DNA of 32,896 nt, from IMG/VR virus record IMGVR_UViG_3300020166_000007; one strand, 5' to 3'. A program made the translations under genes and the position numbers. Below are positions 16,854-23,460 of this stretch, in pieces; within the stretch, counting starts at the first letter, position 1, and the number at the start of each line of letters is the position of its first letter. The notes beneath the pieces were generated by a model. It did no database searches. It saw only the letters and a program-made list of their open reading frames with translations, and was not told the origin of the DNA. The DNA is from a virus.

Positions 16854-17288
16854 ATGAAAAAAAAGCAAATTATTAAACTTAAAGACATAGAGTCGATAGT
16901 TGAAACCTATACTAGTTTAAAACTAAACGTTAAGTCAAGGAGGAGAAACATAGTGGATGCAAGGAAAATGTATTTTGGACTTTGCAGGGAATTCACTCAT
17001 AAAAGTCTGGCATTTATTGGAGAAACTATGAACAGGGATCACGCTACAGCACTACATAATATTAAAAGCTGCTATGATTTAAGAAAAACCGACAAAGAAT
17101 TTAACGAAATATATATAGTTTTGCATAACTTAGTAAGTGATTTAGATCCAAGCACTAAGAAAAAAGAAGGATATGACATCCAAAGAATTAAACATCCTGG
17201 CTACTATAGATATGCAGAAAAAAAATCCATTCGAAAAGTATTTAACCAAAGAAGATCGTTTGCAAAACAGCGTTATGAATTATATTAA
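16854..17288 (+). CDS. DnaA domain IV-like DNA-binding protein (stand-alone DnaA C-terminal domain homologue)
   Basis: 144 aa. RRRNIVDARKMYFGLCREFTHKSLAFIGETMNRDHATALHNIKS aligns with DnaA domain IV, R..IV.PRQIAMYL.RELT..SL..IG..FG.RDHTTV.HA..KI. There is no AAA+ domain. Confidence 0.65.
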   Translation: MKKKQIIKLKDIESIVETYTSLKLNVKSRRRNIVDARKMYFGLCREFTHKSLAFIGETMNRDHATALHNIKSCYDLRKTDKEFNEIYIVLHNLVSDLDPSTKKKEGYDIQRIKHPGYYRYAEKKSIRKVFNQRRSFAKQRYELY

Positions 17289-17586
17289 GATGCAATATCC
17301 AGGAACTTTTGCAATTCACGTACCTAATGAAGGTAAGCGTTCGCCATTTGAACGTTACAAATTTAAATACTTAGGAGGTTATGCAGGTATCCCAGATGTT
17401 TTAGTATTTGTAGCAAAAAGTAATTACAGCGGTTTAGCGCTCGAATTAAAAGTCGGATATAATAAACCTACAGAAAACCAATATAATTGCTTAGAGAGGC
17501 TTAAAAACGCCTCCTGGGATGCGCACTGGTGCAATACATTTGATGATGCAAAAGAAATAATTGATAATTTTATGAATTATGAGTGA
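17212..17586 (+). CDS. VRR-NUC domain nuclease (start uncertain: 17173, 17212, 17275 or 17290)
   Basis: The motifs are LQNSVMNYIKMQYPG..HVPNEGKRS...GIPDVLVF...GLALELK. The conserved N-terminal helix (EDRLQNSV) favours a start that overlaps the upstream gene. Confidence 0.6.
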   Translation: MQKKNPFEKYLTKEDRLQNSVMNYIKMQYPGTFAIHVPNEGKRSPFERYKFKYLGGYAGIPDVLVFVAKSNYSGLALELKVGYNKPTENQYNCLERLKNASWDAHWCNTFDDAKEIIDNFMNYE

Positions 17587-17830
17587 ATATAGAAATGTTT
17601 TTTGGAGCGAAATTGACCAGCGTATGTGGCGTACAACAACTACAATAGGTGATGTTTCTGTCAGATATGAGTATGTCGGCACAATGACTGGTGCTGAATA
17701 TGACTTATTAATTGAGACGCTATGGGAATTATTTGATGATAACAAAATAACCCTGGAGGAGTTCCAAAGAATATTTGGAGACATTAGATCTTTTTGTGAC
17801 CAGATTAAAAATATAGTAGATAAAGCATAA
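17579..17830 (+). CDS. Hypothetical protein (83 aa)
   Basis: ORF overlapping the upstream stop (ATGAGTGA). Confidence 0.45.
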   Translation: MSEYRNVFWSEIDQRMWRTTTTIGDVSVRYEYVGTMTGAEYDLLIETLWELFDDNKITLEEFQRIFGDIRSFCDQIKNIVDKA

Positions 17831-17833
17831 ATT

Positions 17834-18559
17834 ATGAAACCAAACTATTATGCAGTAATACCAGCTGAGGTTAGGTATAACGAAAAACTGACCGCCAATT
17901 CCAAATTATTATTTGGAGAGATAACCGCCTTATGTAATAAAAAAGGCGTTTGCTGGGCAACCAATAATTATTTTGCTGAACTATACAAAGTAGATAAGAA
18001 AACTGTATCTAATTGGATTAAGCAGCTCCAGGAACAAGGCTTTTTAAAAACTGAGTTGGAATATGATAAAAAGACTAAACAAGTAACTCAAAGAAACATT
18101 ACAATTTGCACTACAGGGGGTAGTAATAAAAATATGACCAGGGGGTCACAAAAATATGACCAGGCTGGTAATAAAAATATGGAGGTTAATATATATAATA
18201 ATAATATTAATAATATAAAAGATAATACCGACACCTACAATAAGGTGTCAGATTTCCGTAAAGATTATATTTTAGCTTATGATCATATTATAAAATTATT
18301 CCACGAGAGAAACAGACCTAAAGACACTAGGCAAAAAATACAATGGCTGGATGCAATTCGATTATGCGATGTAAAAGACAAAGTAAAACCTCAGCAACTT
18401 TGGTGGTTATGTAATGAAGTTAAAAGAGACAGCTTTTGGGGAAAGCATTTTCAGTCACTTTTAAAATTAAGAAAATCCAGGGATGGCGAAATGTATCTAA
18501 ATAAATACATTGGAATTTTTGGAAATGAGCAATTTGAAATTCTAGGATCTGAAAATTAA
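17834..18559 (+). CDS. Replication initiator/organiser with an N-terminal winged-HTH; it contains the candidate origin
   Basis: 241 aa. The N-terminus YYAVIPAEVRYNEKLTANSKLLFGEITALCNKKGVCWATNNYFAELYKVDKKTVSNWIKQLQEQGFLK is typical of phage replication/DnaD-like HTH proteins. The central low-complexity linker is encoded by iterons plus an AT tract. Confidence 0.6.
   Translation: MKPNYYAVIPAEVRYNEKLTANSKLLFGEITALCNKKGVCWATNNYFAELYKVDKKTVSNWIKQLQEQGFLKTELEYDKKTKQVTQRNITICTTGGSNKNMTRGSQKYDQAGNKNMEVNIYNNNINNIKDNTDTYNKVSDFRKDYILAYDHIIKLFHERNRPKDTRQKIQWLDAIRLCDVKDKVKPQQLWWLCNEVKRDSFWGKHFQSLLKLRKSRDGEMYLNKYIGIFGNEQFEILGSEN
18116..18185 (+). repeat. Three direct iterons of about 22 bp (origin-of-replication candidate)
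   Basis: AAAAATATGACCAGG occurs at 18128 and 18150, and AAAAATATGGAGG at 18173. The spacings are 22 and 23 bp. The flanks GGGGGTAGTAAT, GGGGGTCAC and GGCTGGTAAT are related. Confidence 0.6.
18186..18227 (+). other. AT-only tract (candidate DNA unwinding element) next to the iterons
   Basis: TTAATATATATAATAATAATATTAATAATATAAAAGATAATA contains a single G in 42 nt. Confidence 0.55.
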
Positions 18560-18600
18560 TTTTTATATTTAACACCGAAACAAACCAAACAAACAAAACA

Positions 18601-20280
18601 ATGACAAACGAATTTTTAAATATTGGCATCACTCCCAGGGGAAATGCCGTTGAGCAAAAGGCAATCTGTCCAAAGTGCTCACATACCAGGAAAAATAAAA
18701 AAGACCCTTGCTTATCTATAAATTTAGAAAAAGGCGTTTACAACTGTCACAATTGTGGCTGGAGTGGGAATGTGAAGTTTAAAGAAAAAAAAGAATTTGT
18801 AAAACCTCCAAAAGCTGTTATAGATTTATCGGATCGTACACTTTCCTGGTTTCATAAAAGAGGCATTACTGAGGCAACTTTAAGCCATTGGAAAGTAGGC
18901 GAGTCTATAGAGTATTTTCCTCAAGTTCAGAAAAAACGTAAAGCAATTAACTTTAATTATTTCAGGCAAGGCGAAATCGTAAACTGCAAATTTAGAGATG
19001 CCGAGAAGAATTTTAAAATGGTGTCTGGAGCAGAGCTTATATTCTATGGCTTAGATAATATTAAAACTATGGAAACCATTTACATAGTTGAAGGCGAAAT
19101 GGATGCACTATCACTACACGAGGCTGGAGTTTATTCTGTTTGCTCTGTACCTAATGGAGCATCTAAAGGCAATCAAAGACTGGAGTATTTAGATAATTGC
19201 TGGGAATTTTTTAAAGATAAAAAAGAGATAGTTCTCTGCACCGACAATGATCAGCCTGGATTAGCATTAAGAAACGAACTCGCCAGGAGGTTCGGACAGT
19301 ATCGTTGTAAGTATGTCGAATTTGGCGATTTTAAGGATGCTAATGAGGTTTTAACAGAAAAAGGCGCTGAGGTACTACGAAACATTTTAAAGACCGCTAA
19401 ACACTTCCCTTTAGATGGAGTCGTAAATATTGATGATATTTGGAAAGACGTTTTAAATTATAACGATTATGGAATTAAAAATTTCAGTATTGGTTTGGGT
19501 GATAGTGATGATTACTATAAAGTTGATTTTGAAGGGAGCTGGACTGTAGTTACAGGGATTCCAAACTCTGGAAAATCTGACGTAGTGGATCAAATTTCCT
19601 GTAATATGGCTGTAAAATTTGGACATAGGACTGCTTTCTTTGCTCCAGAGTCATTTCCTTACGAGGGTCATATAAAAAGAATCGCCAACAAATTAAATGA
19701 GCGCAACTGCTCTAATGATGATTTAAATAAAACTAAAAACTTTATTGAGGAGCATTTTTATTTTATTAAAATTGACCTGGATAACCTCACTTTAGATGGG
19801 ATATTAAATGCCTTTAGAGATTTAGTATTCCAAAAGGGCGTTAATTTATTAGTGATAGATCCCTGGAATATGCTGGACCATTCAGCACAAAGAGATCATA
19901 GTTACGTTGGGCAAATGTTATCTAAAATAACCCAGTTTTGTCAGCAAACGAAAACCCATTTATTCCTGGTTGCACACCCTAGAAAAATGGAGTCTAATGA
20001 GAGGGGTAACTACAAAGTTCCAACGCCTTATGATATTTCTGGATCCAGTGACTTTTTCAATAAGGCTTTTAATTGTGTTACTGTATTTAGAAGTCTAGGT
20101 GAGATGACACAATACAAATCGGATGCTGTACAGATACACGTTCAAAAAGTAAAGCGTAAAGAAAATGGTCAACAAGGCAGTTTTACAGTAGCACCAGATT
20201 TCAAGTCTGGGGGTATTTATAAGCCTATAGATGAGAAAAAACAAAGATTTACAGTGGTTAAAGATCAAATACCTTTTTAG
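18601..20280 (+). CDS. Bifunctional primase-helicase (zinc finger + TOPRIM + DnaB/RepA-like ATPase), T7 gp4-like architecture
   Basis: 559 aa. The motifs are CPKC...CHNC, TOPRIM EGEMDALS / CTDNDQPG, Walker A GIPNSGKS, Walker B LLVIDPWN and LVAHPRK. It ends in ...VVKDQIPF. Confidence 0.85.
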   Translation: MTNEFLNIGITPRGNAVEQKAICPKCSHTRKNKKDPCLSINLEKGVYNCHNCGWSGNVKFKEKKEFVKPPKAVIDLSDRTLSWFHKRGITEATLSHWKVGESIEYFPQVQKKRKAINFNYFRQGEIVNCKFRDAEKNFKMVSGAELIFYGLDNIKTMETIYIVEGEMDALSLHEAGVYSVCSVPNGASKGNQRLEYLDNCWEFFKDKKEIVLCTDNDQPGLALRNELARRFGQYRCKYVEFGDFKDANEVLTEKGAEVLRNILKTAKHFPLDGVVNIDDIWKDVLNYNDYGIKNFSIGLGDSDDYYKVDFEGSWTVVTGIPNSGKSDVVDQISCNMAVKFGHRTAFFAPESFPYEGHIKRIANKLNERNCSNDDLNKTKNFIEEHFYFIKIDLDNLTLDGILNAFRDLVFQKGVNLLVIDPWNMLDHSAQRDHSYVGQMLSKITQFCQQTKTHLFLVAHPRKMESNERGNYKVPTPYDISGSSDFFNKAFNCVTVFRSLGEMTQYKSDAVQIHVQKVKRKENGQQGSFTVAPDFKSGGIYKPIDEKKQRFTVVKDQIPF

Positions 20281-20282
20281 AT

Positions 20283-20525
20283 ATGCAAAAACAACAATAT
20301 AAACAGCCAGTAGTTAATACAGAGGAAAAGCATTACAGGGCTTTTAAGTGGTGCGATGACAATGGAGTAAGAATATATCCAAAGCCCAGGAATGGAAAGT
20401 TTATTTTAGTCTATGTAGTCAATGACCAGGCGCATACTACTAACAAACTACACGATCCTAAAGACTATCAACAAGCTGTCTGGGATTTTTACGTATTTTT
20501 GTATAATAAATTAAACAATGACTGA
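20283..20525 (+). CDS. Hypothetical protein (80 aa)
   Basis: ORF 2 nt after the primase-helicase stop. Confidence 0.5.
   Translation: MQKQQYKQPVVNTEEKHYRAFKWCDDNGVRIYPKPRNGKFILVYVVNDQAHTTNKLHDPKDYQQAVWDFYVFLYNKLNND
20494..20501 (+). promoter_or_regulatory. -7-type box TATTTTTG (TTTGTATAA class) inside the 3' end of 20283..20525
   Basis: Matches TAnnTTTG and is followed by TATAATAAATTAAACA and ATG 20518. Confidence 0.3.
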
Positions 20526-20652
20526 AATTCAAATTTATCCTTTGATGGGAATAGTTTTCGGAGTTGAGTATTTAAACTCATTCGAGGATAATACAATGAA
20601 AAGCATTGATATATATCTTTTTATTATTGGAGTCAGTTTTAGATGGGGATAA
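20518..20652 (+). CDS. Small hydrophobic ORF (44 aa), not in the ORF track
   Basis: ATGACTGA overlap with the upstream stop. The product MTEIQIYPLMGIVFGVEY...IDIYLFIIGVSFRWG fills the 20526..20678 gap. Evidence is weak. Confidence 0.3.
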   Translation: MTEIQIYPLMGIVFGVEYLNSFEDNTMKSIDIYLFIIGVSFRWG

Positions 20653-20678
20653 TATAATAGCAAACAACAAAAGGAAAA

Positions 20679-21794
20679 ATGGTAAAAAAAGTAAACATTT
20701 CGGCTATAAAGCCAAATGAGGAAAATCCACGCTACATAAACGATTCAAAGTTTAAAAAACTGGTAAAATCAATAAAAGAATTTCCAGAAATGCTAGAAAC
20801 TCGACCACTTGTAGTGGATGAGGATATGATAGTTTTAGGCGGTAATATGCGCCTTAAAGCATTAAAATCAGCTGGAGTCTTTGAAGTACCAGTACACCAG
20901 GTTAAAGGATGGACAGAAGACCAGAAAAAAGAATTTATAATAAAAGACAATATTGGATATGGCGAATGGGATTGGGATCTTGTTGCTAATGATTGGGATT
21001 TAGATAAACTTACTGATTGGGGTTTAGATTTACCAGATTTTCCACAGCTAGAGCCAGAGGCAGAGGAGGATGATTATGAGGAGCCAGATGATTTGCAAGT
21101 TGATGTAGTATTAGGGGATTTAATCGAAATAGGAGAGCATCGTTTATTGTGTGGCGATTCTACAGATTCAGATCAAGTTGCTAAGCTAATGGATGGAAAA
21201 AAAGCTGATATGGTTTTTACTGATCCACCTTATGGAATAGGATATGAATACAATTCACACAAGGACAGTAAAGGAGATGAATATTTAAAATTCTGTGATG
21301 AATGGTTTAATGTTTTGCTGTTAAATTCCGATTTTATATTTATATCAACCGGATGGGCTTATAACAAATTTTGGTGGAATAAAAATCCAAAAGATTGTTT
21401 TTATTGGTTAAGCAGAAACAAAAGGAGTGGAGGTTCTATTAGTCATTTTAGAAAAGTCGAGCCATTGTATATCTGGGGAAAACCTAAAAATAAATATGAT
21501 TTTGATTTTTTTGAGGAAAATACAAAACAAATAGAGGGATTAAGGGATTTGCATAGTTGTCCTAAACCAATAGATTTAATTTCATCAATATTAAAAGGAG
21601 TAAATCAAAACGATTTAATAATGGATATTTTTCTAGGAAGTGGAACTACTATGATAGCAGCACACCAACTTAAAAGAAAATGCTACGGAATGGAGCTTGA
21701 TCCTAAATACTGTCAAGTTATAATTGATAGGATGCAAAAACTTGATCCTAGTTTAGAAATAAAAATAAATGGCGAAAAATATAAAAACCTATAA
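20679..21794 (+). CDS. ParB-like nuclease domain fused to a DNA methyltransferase (beta-class amino-MTase, N6A or N4C)
   Basis: 371 aa. The N-terminus ISAIKPNEENPRYI...LVVDEDMIVLGGNMRLKAL is a ParB/Srx fold. An acidic linker EPEAEEDDYEEPDD follows. Motif IV is DPPY (21222..21233), then motif I DIFLGSGTT. No cognate endonuclease gene lies adjacent. Confidence 0.8.
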   Translation: MVKKVNISAIKPNEENPRYINDSKFKKLVKSIKEFPEMLETRPLVVDEDMIVLGGNMRLKALKSAGVFEVPVHQVKGWTEDQKKEFIIKDNIGYGEWDWDLVANDWDLDKLTDWGLDLPDFPQLEPEAEEDDYEEPDDLQVDVVLGDLIEIGEHRLLCGDSTDSDQVAKLMDGKKADMVFTDPPYGIGYEYNSHKDSKGDEYLKFCDEWFNVLLLNSDFIFISTGWAYNKFWWNKNPKDCFYWLSRNKRSGGSISHFRKVEPLYIWGKPKNKYDFDFFEENTKQIEGLRDLHSCPKPIDLISSILKGVNQNDLIMDIFLGSGTTMIAAHQLKRKCYGMELDPKYCQVIIDRMQKLDPSLEIKINGEKYKNL

Positions 21795-21848
21795 CGTTCT
21801 TTAGTAAAAAAAAGTAACTAGACAGTCAGCTAGTTAATTAGTTTTTAA

Positions 21849-21878
21849 AACGTAGTTTGGATAGGTTCTGCGTTTTTT
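21849..21878 (+). terminator. Probable terminator hairpin, preceded by a second hairpin at 21815..21836
   Basis: AACGTAG-N12-CTGCGTT forms a 7-bp stem with one G-U pair, followed by TTTTT. The upstream hairpin is TAACTAG-N8-CTAGTTA. Confidence 0.4.
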
Positions 21879-21881
21879 ACC

Positions 21882-21889
21882 TAATTTTG
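21882..21889 (+). promoter_or_regulatory. -7 box TAATTTTG, 4 nt from ATG 21894
   Basis: TAATTTTG-CAAT-ATG is identical in layout to 27303 (TAAATTTG-CAAT-ATG). Confidence 0.4.
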
Positions 21890-21893
21890 CAAT

Positions 21894-22268
21894 ATGGAAG
21901 AATCAACAAAATCCAACACAATATTTAAAAAAAAGGCATTTCTCGAGGCTTATAAAAAAGCATTTGGCAATGTAACTCAAAGCTGCAATGCTATTGGAAT
22001 TGATCGCACTACATATTATGACTGGATAAAAAAAGATTTGAAATTTAAAAAACAAGTTGAGGAGCTAGAGCCAGAGGAGAGGTTTATGGACTTTTTGGAA
22101 AGTAAACTTGTAGAAAGAATAAATAAGGGGGATACTACATCTATAATTTTTGCGCTAAAGACTAAAGCTAAAAAAAGAGGATATGTTGAACGCCAGGAAA
22201 TAGAACACTCATCTAATGTTGAAACAGACGTAACTTTTGAAATACACGAAAGAAAAAAAGAATCTTAA
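21894..22268 (+). CDS. terS: Terminase small subunit (HTH type)
   Basis: 124 aa. The N-terminal HTH is FLEAYKKAFGNVTQSCNAIGIDRTTYYDWIKKD. It lies immediately upstream of, and overlaps, the large terminase gene. Confidence 0.6.
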   Translation: MEESTKSNTIFKKKAFLEAYKKAFGNVTQSCNAIGIDRTTYYDWIKKDLKFKKQVEELEPEERFMDFLESKLVERINKGDTTSIIFALKTKAKKRGYVERQEIEHSSNVETDVTFEIHERKKES

Positions 22269-23424
22269 AGCTAACGTACAACTTAGGCATTTACTAGAAT
22301 CTAAAAAGCGTTTTGCTGTTTTACAGGGTGGGACTCGTTCTGGAAAAACTTATGCAGTATGTCAATACATAGCTTATCTAATTAGGACAGAAACTAAGCC
22401 GTTAATAATTTCAGTTATAAGAAAAACACTCCCAGCCTTAAAAGGATCAGTTCAGCGTGATCTTATATCTATACTAGAGGAGATGGGTACTTATTACACT
22501 GGCGTACACAATAAGTCAGAAAATACATTTAAATACAGGAATCATTTAATTGAATTCCTATCAGTTGATGAGCCCCAAAAAATACGTGGTCGTAAAAGAA
22601 ACATAGCTTTTTTAAATGAGGCAAACGAATTAACCTTTGAAGATTTCCAGCAAATAAATATGAGGTGTACTGATAAGATGATACTGGATTTTAATCCATC
22701 CGATCCAATACACTGGATTTATGATGAGGTAATACCTAGAGAGGATGCCGATACCTGGATAACAACCTATAAAGACAATTTATTTTTATCAGATGATTTA
22801 ATATTTGAAATAGAGCGAATGCGAGAACGTGATCCAGACTACTTTAGGGTTTATGGAGAGGGTCAAAAGGCAGTATTCTCAGCACGCCAGATATTTAATA
22901 ACTGGACATTTATACCTTATAGCGACTTTCCAGAGTTTGATAGAGATACTGAGGGAGTGGTAGGCTTAGACTTTGGATATACAAATGATCCAACTGCGGC
23001 ATCGTATATAGTACGCAAAGGCGATACTATTTACATACACGAACTAATTTATAAGACAGGACTTACAAACAGCGACATAGTAGAGGAGCTTAAAAGATTA
23101 GGATATGATCAGACACTAATTTTCTACGATGCTGCCGAGCCTAAGTCTGGTGAGGAAATGAAACGCCTGGGAATGTACGTTAAACCAGCTGTAAAAGGTA
23201 CAGGATCAATTAACGCTGGAATATCACTGCTAAAGGAATTTAACATAGTAGTAAGCCAGGAATCAAAAAACATAATAAAAGAATATAACAATTACTACTG
23301 GACAGAATTAAAGGATGGCACTATAATAAATAAGCCAATGGATCGATTTAATCACCAGATGGACTGTATTAGATATGGCGTTTATAGTCAATATGGCAAA
23401 CGTTCTGAATTCTTTGTAATATAA
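22237..23424 (+). CDS. terL: Terminase large subunit (PBSX/Terminase_3-like)
   Basis: 395 aa. Walker A is LQGGTRSGKT and Walker B is IAFLNEANE. The nuclease domain shows GLDFGYTNDPTA and MDCIRY. Confidence 0.85.
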   Translation: MKYTKEKKNLKANVQLRHLLESKKRFAVLQGGTRSGKTYAVCQYIAYLIRTETKPLIISVIRKTLPALKGSVQRDLISILEEMGTYYTGVHNKSENTFKYRNHLIEFLSVDEPQKIRGRKRNIAFLNEANELTFEDFQQINMRCTDKMILDFNPSDPIHWIYDEVIPREDADTWITTYKDNLFLSDDLIFEIERMRERDPDYFRVYGEGQKAVFSARQIFNNWTFIPYSDFPEFDRDTEGVVGLDFGYTNDPTAASYIVRKGDTIYIHELIYKTGLTNSDIVEELKRLGYDQTLIFYDAAEPKSGEEMKRLGMYVKPAVKGTGSINAGISLLKEFNIVVSQESKNIIKEYNNYYWTELKDGTIINKPMDRFNHQMDCIRYGVYSQYGKRSEFFVI

Positions 23425-23428
23425 TTAC

Positions 23429-23436
23429 TATTTTTG
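23429..23436 (+). promoter_or_regulatory. -7 box TATTTTTG (TTTGTATAA class)
   Basis: Matches TAnnTTTG and is followed by TATAATTAAAAATTTTCGTATTGG and ATG 23461. Confidence 0.4.
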
Positions 23437-23460
23437 TATAATTAAAAATTTTCGTATTGG

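Noticed and set aside
17218-17225. An A8 run where the DnaA-IV-like frame and the VRR-NUC frame overlap, as a possible programmed or transcriptional slippage fusing the two proteins.
   Set aside because: The frame change required is +1, not the usual -1. Both ORFs are complete, normal-sized domains with their own start and stop, so a simple gene overlap suffices. Only proteomics could revive the idea.
21815-21893. Two hairpins upstream of terS as the pac or cos site.
   Set aside because: The location is suggestive. However, the hairpins are equally well explained as terminators for the methyltransferase operon, and the packaging site cannot be read from sequence alone.
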